DNA from: a virus
Virus genome (UHGV): UHGV-1342921
Length of the DNA: 64,000 bases
Direction: 5' to 3' (one strand)
A program made the translations under genes and the position numbers. The notes beneath the pieces are model-generated. The model had not been told where the DNA came from. It searched no databases and worked only from the letters and a program-made list of their open reading frames with translations. Of this stretch, positions 49,001 through 58,894 are shown in pieces (the first letter of the stretch is position 1; each line of letters begins with the position of its first letter).

Positions 49001-51718
49001 ATCTATGTAGCCTTCTGTGTCAAATTTAATTCCATACTTGGCTAACTCGGCCTGCTTCTCTTGTCTTTCTTGCTTTTCAAGCTCAAGCTTTTGCTGCTGT
49101 AGCTCTATCTGCCTCTTTAAATTCTGTGTAGCTTGCTTTGTATAGTCAAATTTATTATAGCCGACAAGCCGCTCTTGTTCTTTGTTTATTTGTTCCAGCA
49201 GATTTTTCATTTTGTCGAGCTGGGAATTTATCTTTTTATATCTATCATATTCGTCATCAAGAAGGTCTTTTTGGTCTAGGTCTTCGCCACTACCAGAGCC
49301 GTTTCCACCACCTCCTCCTCCGCCACCATCGGAAGAGTTGTCTTTTGGAGTGTAACCACCTCCTTTGTAGGGGGAGTAATCACTTAAACCGGGGTTGTTA
49401 AAAAGCTGGCCTGTGCCTTCTGCGAGATACCAAGCACCAGTTTGATAGTCAGTAGCTTGAACGCCGACGTAGTTTCCCCTGTCGTCTTTGTATACTGCGA
49501 CAACAGGGCCGTCTCCAGCATCAGCTGCTATGTTGACACCAGCTTGTCTAGCTTGTTCTGTGGACATAACAGAATCAAAGGCATACTTACCCTTGTTCTT
49601 AACCTTGTCTTGAGAGGTGCCACCGCTCTTGCCTGCGGCTCCATTACTGGATCCTTTTCCGGAAAGACGAAGTCTAAACCTAGGGATGTGAATCGTTCCT
49701 ATTTCTTCTGAAGTACCGTCTTTCTTGTTAGTTTGATAAATCTCTTTTATTGTTTCATCTTCACCAACGACCTGACTCTCAACTTCTGCGTCGATACTTG
49801 AAACTTCAGACATGACACCTTGAATAATTAACGAGATACCTGTTGCAATGTTGCTAATGGCGCTTTGAGTTTGAGTCATTGTCCCCTGCATGACGGCTCC
49901 TGCGACGGCAGAACTGCTCATCATGTTTTCTGCCAAGCTATCAACAGATGTCAACATCTCTTTTGCTTGATCCTGCATCATGCCAGTGGCAGCAGTTATT
50001 TGAGAAGACATTGCATTAAGAGCAAGTTCATCTGTTTTATAAAAATCTACCACTTCTTGAGCTAAACCTTGAATCATAGGCCTGAACGACTCATTTAGCC
50101 CGCCTAGCTCATTTTTAGCAGACTCCAATACGTCTCCTGTTTCAGAGAAAACTTGAGTCATCTCGTCAAAGTTATCGGTAATATACTCACTGAAATCTGC
50201 CGCTGCACTTAACCTGTCAAAACTCTTCTCCATGTTTTCTAGCTCTTTGACTGCGTCTTTGCTCTCTTTATCCATGTTTTTCAAAGCGACGGTGCCGTGA
50301 CTCGTTACTTTAACCCATTCGCCCTCTACCTTTGACAAGCCGTTTTGGGCTGCTTTTAATTTAATGGCGTTTGTGGCTGTCGTGGCAAGAGACCTTGCAT
50401 ATTGTCCGACAGTTATCTTTCCTGCTTGATATTGAGTATTTAACTGCTTGATACCCTGGTACATCTCATCCGAGAATATCTGGGCCATGTTGGCAGCGTC
50501 GTCATTGTTGTCAAAGAATTCTTTTATTGACTGCCCAGCGTTTATTGCTTGAGCAGAGACTCTAGAGAAGAAATCCTCAAATTGAGAAGAAATTTGATCA
50601 AGGAACTGGGTTGTCTGAACCGACCCGTCTTCAAGAGCATGATTTAGATTAAGAATTTGATCTAGATAACCAGAGCCGTCCTCGCTTGTATAAGCAGAGT
50701 TCATGGACATAACAGTAGCGATATCTTGGTTCTGTTGAGACAGGTCTATTGCATCGCCTGTCAGCTGCTCCATTGCTTTACCAGCATCAAGAACCGATTG
50801 CTCGTACTCTAGAACAGCCCTGTTGTTAAGTTGCCACCCGCCTTCGACTTCGTCAAGATATTTAATATATTCAGGGTTTTCTTTTAAGATATCATATGCT
50901 TCATCTTGGGTGAAATAAGCGCGACCTTCATCTGTGTAAATGTCATCAGCTTGCTTCATCAATCCTTGAATGCTGTCTCTTGAGTCAAGAGCGTCTGATA
51001 AACCTGTGAACTCATCAAGAGATCCTGACAGCTCGTTAAAAGACTTGGTGGCATCCTCTGCCGAGTCCCCTGTCTTATCTATCGCTTTTAAGAAGTCAGA
51101 AATAATATCAGAAGAATCTTGATTTAAATCAATACCTAAACGAGTTAAGTCGTCAACAGAGTAGTTGTATTTCTTTAACACGTCGTATACTGAATCAACA
51201 CTCTCATCAAGCTCGTCTTGGTTTACGTGGCCTTTGCCGTACTTGTCTTCCATGTAACGATTTTGAGCCATTCGAAGGGGCGCTGTCTCTTTGCGCTTTT
51301 CTGCTTCTTCTTTTTTGTCTTTGTCTGCTTGCCCTGTTTTTATATCAAGGACTTCTTGTTCTATCTCTTCAAGAGTCTTGCCGACAGTGCTAATTCCCAT
51401 TGCATCAAAATCAGCCTTTGTAATTCCATGCTCATTTAACCATGCGTCAAACTCATTGACGTCTTTCATCGCCATATCGACAGAATTTGCGCCATATTCT
51501 TTAGAATAATCTCTTGAGCGTGAATCATAAAAATCTTGCCATTGCGAGGCTTTCTCTTGGGCTTCTCTCTCAATTCTGTCTTCTGCCCACTGCTCTGCTT
51601 GTGCGGTGCCATTCTTAAGATCAAAGAAAGCTTGTAAAGCAGCTTCGATGCCATCGTCAAGAGATGGAGCCGTCTGCAATGGCGTCTGTAAATTCAGTGA
51701 TTTCATAATTTGCAGCAT
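46040..51718 (-). CDS. Giant coiled-coil tail protein (1892 aa). It may be a second tape-measure-like protein or a continuation of the TMP.
   Basis: It has long heptad coiled coils, a poly-Gly linker (GGGGGGGGNGSGSG) and a C-terminal globular domain. There is no SD before its first ATG, and its start overlaps the TMP 3' end in the +1 frame. Confidence 0.55.
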   Translation of the reverse strand: MLQIMKSLNLQTPLQTAPSLDDGIEAALQAFFDLKNGTAQAEQWAEDRIEREAQEKASQWQDFYDSRSRDYSKEYGANSVDMAMKDVNEFDAWLNEHGITKADFDAMGISTVGKTLEEIEQEVLDIKTGQADKDKKEEAEKRKETAPLRMAQNRYMEDKYGKGHVNQDELDESVDSVYDVLKKYNYSVDDLTRLGIDLNQDSSDIISDFLKAIDKTGDSAEDATKSFNELSGSLDEFTGLSDALDSRDSIQGLMKQADDIYTDEGRAYFTQDEAYDILKENPEYIKYLDEVEGGWQLNNRAVLEYEQSVLDAGKAMEQLTGDAIDLSQQNQDIATVMSMNSAYTSEDGSGYLDQILNLNHALEDGSVQTTQFLDQISSQFEDFFSRVSAQAINAGQSIKEFFDNNDDAANMAQIFSDEMYQGIKQLNTQYQAGKITVGQYARSLATTATNAIKLKAAQNGLSKVEGEWVKVTSHGTVALKNMDKESKDAVKELENMEKSFDRLSAAADFSEYITDNFDEMTQVFSETGDVLESAKNELGGLNESFRPMIQGLAQEVVDFYKTDELALNAMSSQITAATGMMQDQAKEMLTSVDSLAENMMSSSAVAGAVMQGTMTQTQSAISNIATGISLIIQGVMSEVSSIDAEVESQVVGEDETIKEIYQTNKKDGTSEEIGTIHIPRFRLRLSGKGSSNGAAGKSGGTSQDKVKNKGKYAFDSVMSTEQARQAGVNIAADAGDGPVVAVYKDDRGNYVGVQATDYQTGAWYLAEGTGQLFNNPGLSDYSPYKGGGYTPKDNSSDGGGGGGGGNGSGSGEDLDQKDLLDDEYDRYKKINSQLDKMKNLLEQINKEQERLVGYNKFDYTKQATQNLKRQIELQQQKLELEKQERQEKQAELAKYGIKFDTEGYIDNYEDRFKFYLAEINSLITQYNNASSKEEQEAIDERIEDKQEEFDKYKDLVDEYNDLNSNTIEQTKKEIQDLQDQIEDMITDIFNKAIEAVDTIKEVDDAVTDLKKTFRDFNTEEDDPFLSAEISDNKIAKYFDAGTKAAKTFFDTAIARLKKLKDEAKTDEEKAKYQTAIDGLLAGQKLQGQGVLDENGTGYLDMALRGGQLILQNIKQYEETGKSDLFGENQQAMMEAAKAVFDQLTDMASDLREEIDNLRDSIVDAIDLVADEIEKREDLLDSISNRLDHLTSMSQILHGNTIQGYKEQNEILAVQSQLADQRLAEATEELDYWNKIASTVIKGSKEEEEVLNHVREATEKKNEAIENSVNLYKQQAQARANLALAEWQKKWLGTDDMDWAQTQWEMMNRNADYYLDDVNKAYNIQKLQSQYTDLLDGANTLDIQTKITDQMNQQLEYLRTKTNLSEYDVAYAQAQLEILKQQIALEEAQANKSQMKLRRDSQGNYNYVYTANEDNVKSAQEGLLDAQNNAYNLSKDQMKQVQEDFFSAFQQTKQLLSEVFADTTLSVQERTDKMTAIIDNFVQYVNMTGEQLSTSQANLLESFYGMVDSLNSENAGSLQEIYDKLKDGSTDAFDSIDTRWSTTITTLLQNKDKFAESMRDMQTKMEESLKQYDTSVENASKIAKENIGDISGCLNGVKTSVNDLTDSFGLLTSKLQGYIEKIGGYSDKLKEYQTTFDSISQKNGELRQTITDLQDEINKMKRQEAQGKNEGGIISTTPSGSSGKGNGKGDDGKGNTNNFGGSGYSRDELMKGVALAIHNYGLRSGWGNDPDRSAKLIKAYGQDFANDVQNYIDYWYEHDDNKHLYWDPSSIKFTSTNLVGYDTGGYTGNWSDGSGKLALLHSKEIVLNASDTQNILKAVESVRAMTSAMKGATLAEAVGSISSIGKSIETANSKVDQNVNITAEFPNATSADEIREAILGLNNQVLHYTHRKA

Positions 51719-54700
51719 GAAGCTGGGAAGCCACAGAAGCCACTTGGGAAGCTACTTCTTCATCGTTGTAATGCCCCTCGCCATACTTCTGTTCAGACTC
51801 TCTTCTAGCTTGCTCAACGAGTGTATTATAAGCATCAACGGATTTTTGGCTATAGCCTATCTCTTCACCGTTCTCGAAAGTGATGTCGGCTGTCCATTCG
51901 CCGGTTGTGAGATAAGAAAGAATGGCCGCTTGCACATTCTCCGGAGACCATCCGGCTTCCATGGCGTCCGCTGCATACTGGGCCATAGAAGCAAGTTGCT
52001 CGTCTGAATAATTGACGATATTTTCCCCAAGAACTCCATAGAGGAATTTCATATCCAAACCGGCTTGTTCCTGCCTTTTATCAAATGTTTGACCATCCCC
52101 AAGACGTTGAGCATCAAGTAGTGAAGCCGCATTTGCCATGGCATTTTTTGCTTCATCAGAAGCGCCGGCCATGTCATTGACATTATAAGTCATCTGGTTT
52201 ATATCATTTAAAAGATCACTCTCTGATAATGTGCCGCTCATCACAGCCCAAAATCTTTCGGTTTTTTGCGCATCTGTAAGAATATCGTCGCTTATTGAAA
52301 AAATTTCGTCATGAACTCTATCGCTTTCAGTAACCGCGTCTTCCCAAGACAAGGAAGGGTCTCTTGCCATAAGATATCCAGCAGCTTTGTTTTGGCGATC
52401 TTCTTTCTCTCTTTGAGCTTTTTCAGCTTCAGCTTGCTGTCCAAATAAAGAATCGGCAGTGGCAACCGCTTCTGGCTTTCGAGTACCAGCAAAATTAGCT
52501 GGATCCATCAATGTTGTAGCAAGGTCCTCAATGGTTTTACTGTTTTCCCCTAAATTTGAGACAAAAGTGTCCATGCTGATACCAAAAGATTGAGCATATT
52601 TTGCAGCAAGAGAAAGCTTATCGTAAGAAAGATTTGTTCCTTGAATGTACTCCATCGCAGAAGGAGACTTAAGAAGAGCTTCGTTTAATTCGTCGTTTCC
52701 TGCCGCGCCGCCTTGATAACTAGATAGTTTAGACTTGTTTGACAGTTTTCCGTTACCGGCCCACTCTGGTTTTTCTGTATCTATATTAAAGTTGTCCATT
52801 GTTTGAGCGAGTAATTCACGATATTGCTCACCAAAAATACTCGCAAGTGTATCAAGGACAAACTGCCCGCGATCCTCTTTATTTGTACTATCATAAAGAT
52901 TCTTAAACGACTCGTCATGTAATAATTCTTGAATAGTTGGTATTACCAATTTCGCTATATCTTCGTCAGAAGCGTTATCTGGAATCTTGTCTTTCAAATT
53001 AGATTTTGCAATTTCAACCATGTTTTCTTCGTATTGTTTTTCTTGAGAAACAAGTGTTTCAATGTCTTCGACGCTTCCAAAAATATTTTGAAACAAACCG
53101 AGAGCAGCGGTATATTCTTCGCTAGAAATAGTGCCGTTGGCTAGAGCATCTTGTAAACCAGATAAAACTTGAGAATAGTCATCAACGATCTGCATAGTAG
53201 AAGCATTTGTATCTACTGCTGCGTATGCTAACTCAACATAATCCCGTTCATTTATAGCATTCTTGCCTTGTTGCATTGAAAAAACAGTGCCTTCCATTGC
53301 TTGCGAAAGAGCGTCTGTTGCTTTCTTGTTCGAGGCTCGTTGTGTTTTTTCTTGTTCAGTCTCTTCTTGCCCAGGCCATTGAGGACCAGACCTTACATTT
53401 GTGCCAACCTCTAAATAGTTTGAAGACCAACCATTCTTACTTGTAAAGAAGTCATCAGAGTTCCTAGAAGATTCTATTCCAGAAAGAAGATCTGCGTTAC
53501 TTACTTGTAATTGTGCACTAGTAGCTCTTTCCGCTTGTGTAACATAGTCTTTGAGTGCTTGAGTACCATTTTCGACGCGAGTGGTTAAACCTAATTTTTC
53601 ATAAAGATCATTAACTGCATCTGTCATCTCTGAAGCAGAAATTTTACCATTTTTATATTGCTCATAGAGGCTTTCCATATTATCGCGAGCCTCAATGATT
53701 CCAGAAGAATTAGAAAGCGCTTCGTTAGCTTTATCTACAGCTTTTGCCAGCTTATCTTCTGCGATTTGAGCTTGCTCTTCAATGGCCGCTCCTGCAATTC
53801 CGCTTCCAACAGCAAGCACTGTAGCCCCAATAGAAACCGCCGTTCCTATTCCAGGAATCAACCCACTGGCTCCTCCGATCAATCCAGCAACTTTCCCGAA
53901 TTTTCCAACGGCATTTCCAAGCTTGCTATTTTTAGAAGATGAAGACGCAACTCCACCACTATTGGTTGACGCTCCTTGGACTAGATTGTTTCTTTCTTGA
54001 GCTTCTGTGTTTTGATCAGTAATGATTGTGTTTTCTGCTGTCGCAATTGAATCTTGCTTTACGGCCTGTCTTTTTGCTTTAAAATTATTAACAAGCAATT
54101 CAACTTGATCTCCAAGATTCATTGCGGCGCTTGCTAACATAGGAGCAGTAAAAGCAAGGTTCTCAATAGTTTGGAGAAGCTTCTCTCCTCCTGTTAAATC
54201 TGCGTTTCCCCATATAGAACCAATTGACTTAAAACTCAAGACACTTGCCGAAAGTTGTCCGATAGAACCAACTAAATTTGTTACTTCTGAAACAACTTCT
54301 TTTGTGGTTAAACTGTCTTTAAAGTCACCTACCGCCTCTGTCATTCCTACAACCGCGCCTTTTTGTAGGCCCATTTCCTGAAGGAATTGTTTTATTGAAG
54401 CAGCTGTCTTTTCATCAATCTCATCAAGATTCTGTAATGACTCAATAAAATCTATAACTGCCCGCCTCACGTTTACAAAAGCAGCTTCTACCTCTTGTGT
54501 AATAACTTTAGAAACTTTTGACCCAGGAGCAGTTGGCATTTTTGCAACAGCCTCCCCTAGGGCTGTATTGGCAGAAACAAGAGCTTGATATTGGGGAAGA
54601 GTAGACATAACGTTGGTTCCATCTGCTCCAAGAAATTTTGTATCTGTTGAGAATTGTCTTAACAGAGTGTCAAGAGACAGAGAAACATTTCCAATTCTCG

Positions 54701-55787
54701 TTCTCGTCGCTTTGTTAAATCCACCGTTTTTATTCTTCTTAATGCCAGCAGATACAGCATTCATCTCTGCACTAATCTTCCCTATGTCTGGAGACATACT
54801 GTCAGAAACTTCGTTAATGTCTGTAAAAGCTTTTTTAATATCGCCTAAAACAAGAAGAACTTGATCTAGATTCTCAACCTGACCATCTTCGTTTATTTTA
54901 AGCTCAACAGCCTGACCGGTAACATTCTTATAAGCGATAGCCATCTTATCTAATACGCCAACTGCTTTTTCTCTTTTGTTTAGTAAATCGTTTTCAAGAT
55001 TTACCATTTGCATAAGCATTTGTCTTGATTGTCCGCGTTGTTGTTCGTTCATTATCGCTGCTTTTGAACCAAGGGCTTTAGCGGCTTTATATGTAGCAGA
55101 GTCTTTACTTAAATTAGAAGAATCTACATCCAATTCTGCCAAAAGTTGAGCTCCAAGGACCGAGCTGTCTTGAGTTCTTTTTCGAGCTTTCTTGTTTTGA
55201 GACCTGGTTAAAGCTTGATCACCAATATTTCGACTAAATACCCTTGCTCCAGTACCAAGGACACCGGCAAATAAACTTGTTGAACCAATAGAGGTCGTAA
55301 ACCCGGTGAGAAGCTGAATCAACCCTGTAATATCATCAATAAAAGGCTTAATGTCGTCTACATTAAAGATAGAGTTGATAAAACCTTCAAAAGCAGATTG
55401 CATCGTATTGAGTTTGCCCTCAAGCGAATCAAGATAAATCTGCTGTTGTTGATTGATTGTACCAAGAGAATTTTGAGCAGCTTCCAAATTCTCCTCGTAC
55501 ATCTTGGAATTCTCAAGCAAGGCCATCAAGTTGTTGTATTGATACTTACCAGCGAGTTTAACGGCAAGAGCCTGTTTTTGAGCGGTGTCGAGGTTTTGCC
55601 ACTTACCCATGAGTTCCTCGATAACATCGCCCATGTCACGAAGGTCTCCAGTAGAAGTCTGGATGCTGACACCGACCTCGTCCAAGGCTTCACCAATAGA
55701 GCCTAGAGTGGTGCCGTCTTCGAGAGTCTCTCCGAGCTGGAGGTCACCAAGCCTTGCGTATATGGTTTTGACGCACTTCTTTTACAG
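51657..55787 (-). CDS. Tape measure protein, exon 2. The 5' boundary is approximate.
   Basis: The in-frame sequence upstream of the tracked start reads KTIYARLGDLQLGETLEDGTTLGSIGEALDEVGVSIQTSTGDLRDMGDVIEELMGKWQNL.... This continues the TMP consensus (GNALK-TIF/YARL) after the intron. Confidence 0.7.
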
Positions 55788-57005
55788 GTTCGTGAAGCCT
55801 GTATCATGTCAAGCATGACTCGTACTTTCATACGAGGCGAGACTATATCTTAACCTATTTCTAGGCAAGAGCCATTTCCCTCGCCACGATTTCGCGAGGT
55901 ACTCTCCTTCACGGAGATAGTCGTTGAACCTTGAAAAGGTAATATATCAAGATTAAGAAGCTGTTGTTTCTCTGAAATAATTTCGTAAAGAGGTATCCCC
56001 ATCCTCTTGCAATACTCACGTTTTTTATTATCTCTAGCCTGTTGTCGTTGTAATCCTTTCTCCCCACCCCAGATTTCTACTGGCTTAAAGTGTTGTTCTC
56101 CTTGCACTTCAATAAAATATTGAATTTGTTTATTTTTATCAAATACAACAAAATCGAATCTTTGATGAGGAAGGTCAGGAGCAACAAATTGCTCCTCAAA
56201 AATTATATGATTATCGTTTAGAATCTGTCCCATAAGCTTCTCGCCAAAAGATTTCTTTTTATCGCAAGAGGGGCAGCCTTTTGAAGTCATCATACAAACT
56301 TGTTTACGTTTAAAAATCTTCCCACATTTTTTACAGCGGTAATAGTTTTGCTCAAGTTGGCCTTTATATTCGAGAAGCTCTATTTGTCCTTCAAATAAAC
56401 TGTCTAGTTGAGCTTTTGCATCTTCGATTGATAACATATTGTTAGTCTTTTGCGTATCACAGTTTGTACAGGCGAAAGGGTTGTCAAGACAAGCGTTGAG
56501 CGCCCTGTGACACTCGCACCCACAAACAGAATGTCTTACAATAACATGATCTTTATCTATAACTTTCACAATAGAGAAATCACTGCCTTGATACATTCTA
56601 TATGCTTTTTGTAGCCTTGTCTCATCATGTGCTCCGCAGCAGTCAAATCCATTTAGAAATTGCCTTGCTTTTTTTCTGTTTAAAATTTTTCCACATTTTA
56701 GACATCTTATTGAAGCCGGACCAGAGATAGAAGTATATTCAAGTACTTCAATCTTCGCTTGGGGATAGCGGAAGTTGAACCTAGATAAAAACTCATCTTT
56801 AGAAATTTTTTTAGCCATTCTTATATATTACCTTTCCCTTGGCTGCTGATTGCCCATTCGAAGGATTTAGGCTATAACACATGCCATGTCCCATCCGCTT
56901 ACTTGTTTCTGCTTTCGCTCCTTTTACCTTCGGGAATTTACAAGTAAAAGGCAAAGCGGCTTTAGGGTTTTCCAGCAATTAGACTCTTTTATGCCTTACA
57001 AATTA
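55788..57005 (-). ncRNA. Group I intron in the tape measure gene (minus strand, about 1.2 kb). Boundaries are approximate.
   Basis: Read on the minus strand, the elements are P AATTGCTGGAAAACCC (56986-56965), Q TGGGCAATCAGCAGCCAAGG (56857-56838), R GGTTCAACGACTATC (about 55929-55915) and S AAGATATAGTC (about 55850-55838). Exon 1 ends ...QAPESVGNALK and exon 2 begins KTIYARL. Confidence 0.7.
55850..56818 (-). CDS. Intron-encoded endonuclease with two zinc-ribbon repeats and a C-terminal PD-(D/E)xK / Vsr-like nuclease domain
   Basis: There are duplicated CLKCGKILNRKKARQFLNGFDCCGAHDE and CKKCGKIFKRKQVCMMTSKGCPSCDKKK units. The C-terminus reads FDFVVFDKNKQIQYFIEVQGEQHF...KKREYCKRMGIPLYEI. Its 3' end encodes FQGSTTIS across the R element of the ribozyme. 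Confidence 0.55.
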   Translation of the reverse strand: MAKKISKDEFLSRFNFRYPQAKIEVLEYTSISGPASIRCLKCGKILNRKKARQFLNGFDCCGAHDETRLQKAYRMYQGSDFSIVKVIDKDHVIVRHSVCGCECHRALNACLDNPFACTNCDTQKTNNMLSIEDAKAQLDSLFEGQIELLEYKGQLEQNYYRCKKCGKIFKRKQVCMMTSKGCPSCDKKKSFGEKLMGQILNDNHIIFEEQFVAPDLPHQRFDFVVFDKNKQIQYFIEVQGEQHFKPVEIWGGEKGLQRQQARDNKKREYCKRMGIPLYEIISEKQQLLNLDILPFQGSTTISVKESTSRNRGEGNGSCLEIG

Positions 57006-58022
57006 TTTTAGGGCGTTACCAACAGACTCGGGAGCCTGTCGTGTTACAGAAATAATGGTCGAAAGCTGGGAAACTAGCTGGTCTTGGCTTACACCCAGCG
57101 CGTTGGCGGTAGACGCAACCTTTGATTCTGCCGTTGCAAGCTCTTCCAAGTCAGAAGCACTGACTGCTGCGACTTTTGCGAGCTTATCGACAGAAGACTC
57201 CATATTGTCAACAGAGATTTGGTAGCCGTTCATGAGCGACGTCAACTGCTCTGACACTTCTGCGGTTGCCTGCCCTGTGACGTTTGCCGTCTTGAGGGTT
57301 AGCTCGGCAAGAGAATTGGACTCTTTAAGAGTCTTACCCTGCTGAATGTAAATCAACGAAGCGTTGGTGTACTCTGTCGTCGTCTTGCCGAGAGCTTGGG
57401 CCGCTTTGTTGGCAGAGTCGGCAAATTTATTCATGTCCTCGGCGTTGTATCCGGAAATGATCCTGATGTCGTTGAGCGACCTATCCAAGTCTTTCACATA
57501 GTCGACAGCACGTCCTATGCTGTTAGAGGCTGTCTCAAAGATGCTGGCCGTTATACCCCAACGAAGGGTGTTCTGGAACGTGTTGAACATCTTTGTGACT
57601 GTTGTGCTCATCCTGGAGACTTTTGCCTCGGTTGAACCAAGAGCCGCTGCCAACTGGTTAAACGCCTGTTGTCCAGTAACACCGGTAGTGGAGAATGTCT
57701 TGACAAGGTTCTGGGCAGACACGTTCATCTTCTGGAGGTCCGACAAGAACGCCGAGGTGTTGAACGATCCAGTGGAAAAGTTGGTGGCAGAGTTTAACGC
57801 CTTCTGAATTTTCAGAATTGTTTGATAACTTTCTTCAAGCTCTTTATTGTCTGTTAGTTTAAGTGCATTGTTGTTCTTCGTGTCAGAGGTAAGACCCTTC
57901 ATGCCTTTAAGTTTGTACAAGTCTGTCTGTACTTGACTTAATTTCTTCCTTAAAGTGTCTATACCTCTACTGTCGAGGTTTGTTTGCAAGTTATATACAA
58001 TAGTATTGGAATACTTTGCCAT
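57003..58022 (-). CDS. Tape measure protein, exon 1 (339 aa)
   Basis: The TMP core is conserved: RWGITASIF...AQALGKTTTEYTNASLIYIQQGKTLKESNSLAELTLKTANVTGQATAEVSEQLTSLMNGYQI...VSQLSTIISVTRQAPESVGNALK. The tracked stop that follows lies inside the intron. The RBS is AGGAGGAAAAAGG. Confidence 0.75.
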   Translation of the reverse strand: MAKYSNTIVYNLQTNLDSRGIDTLRKKLSQVQTDLYKLKGMKGLTSDTKNNNALKLTDNKELEESYQTILKIQKALNSATNFSTGSFNTSAFLSDLQKMNVSAQNLVKTFSTTGVTGQQAFNQLAAALGSTEAKVSRMSTTVTKMFNTFQNTLRWGITASIFETASNSIGRAVDYVKDLDRSLNDIRIISGYNAEDMNKFADSANKAAQALGKTTTEYTNASLIYIQQGKTLKESNSLAELTLKTANVTGQATAEVSEQLTSLMNGYQISVDNMESSVDKLAKVAAVSASDLEELATAESKVASTANALGVSQDQLVSQLSTIISVTRQAPESVGNALK

Positions 58023-58040
58023 ATCCTTTTTCCTCCTAAT

Positions 58041-58088
58041 ATAAAAAAAGTCCCTACTTTTTATCTAAAAGCAGGGACTTCTTTTTTT
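58041..58088. terminator. Bidirectional terminator/attenuator immediately upstream of the TMP gene
   Basis: An 8-bp stem AAGTCCCT / AGGGACTT lies at 58048-58055 and 58073-58080 with a 17-nt loop. It is flanked by A7 (58042-58049) and T7 (58082-58088). Confidence 0.55.
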
Positions 58089-58329
58089 AATGTATGACCG
58101 CTAGTTTTAGCGTCAGCCGACGCGCTCTTTCTAGAGCTCCTAAATATTTTAGTTTGTCACTATTTTGGTTGCTCCAAACAATCCGATCTTTGTAATCTTC
58201 AAAAACGATTATTTTAGGTGGAAAGTGTATAATAAAAGAATCGTCGTTTCTAGCAAGATACTTGCCGAACCCACACATCAAATCTCGTAAATCTGCATCT
58301 TCTCCTGGAATTATCGTAACATATAACAT
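58087..58329 (-). CDS. Small protein (80 aa) in the tail-chaperone position
   Basis: This is a tracked ORF between a chaperone-like gene and the TMP. Confidence 0.4.
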   Translation of the reverse strand: MLYVTIIPGEDADLRDLMCGFGKYLARNDDSFIIHFPPKIIVFEDYKDRIVWSNQNSDKLKYLGALERARRLTLKLAVIH

Positions 58330-58366
58330 GTCGATTCACTTCTTATTTTTAACCATTAACAACTAA

Positions 58367-58861
58367 TTAGGCTGGGAGAAGAGTGTTGTTCATGCCCCAC
58401 TTCTCGGCAATGTCCATGATATCCTTGTACTGGTCAGAGGAAAGCATCTGCGACATCTGCTTGGCCGCGTTTTCCATAATACTGTTGCTGGCAGACTGAA
58501 TATTGGCAAAAGACGCCCTGATAGACCTACTATAACCATTGTAATCGTCAAACACGTCTGCGCCAGCCCTCTCGGCAAGAGCAATCTCTGTTTGGTGATC
58601 CTGGGCCATCTGCTCGATCTTACCCGTGCCGACCAACTCCTGCCACACGACAAGGACCCCGTTCTCGTTGATTGAGTTCCTAACCTTCTCCTGCTCGTCA
58701 CCCTCTGCGAGTAGAAGATACAGGTAGGTGTACATGGCCCTCTCGAAGACGTAACGGTTCACAAAGCCGTCGTTCTCGGATTCTCCGATAGCGAATGCGA
58801 GAAGGTCGTTTATATCCTTTGCAGTGAGTGTTGACTGCTTTTCAAGTTCCATATCAATCAT
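58367..58861 (-). CDS. Tail assembly chaperone-like protein (164 aa, acidic)
   Basis: This is a tracked ORF in the position typical of gpG-like chaperones upstream of the TMP. Confidence 0.45.
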   Translation of the reverse strand: MIDMELEKQSTLTAKDINDLLAFAIGESENDGFVNRYVFERAMYTYLYLLLAEGDEQEKVRNSINENGVLVVWQELVGTGKIEQMAQDHQTEIALAERAGADVFDDYNGYSRSIRASFANIQSASNSIMENAAKQMSQMLSSDQYKDIMDIAEKWGMNNTLLPA

Positions 58862-58894
58862 ATCCTTTTATCTCCTTTTCTTGTCAACCTGCTA

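Noticed and set aside
51606-52007. 133-aa plus-strand ORF and other plus-strand ORFs across 46-55 kb (46070, 47663, 48386, 48779 and so on)
   Set aside because: They are antisense to the giant coiled-coil and TMP genes and have low-complexity Leu/Ser/Phe-rich translations with no RBS. They are frame artefacts of long AT-rich coding regions.
58087-58861. Possible G/GT-type programmed -1 frameshift between the two tail-chaperone-position genes
   Set aside because: The two ORFs are separated by 37 nt. The downstream frame is closed by TGA 3 codons before its own ATG. There is no overlapping slippery heptamer.
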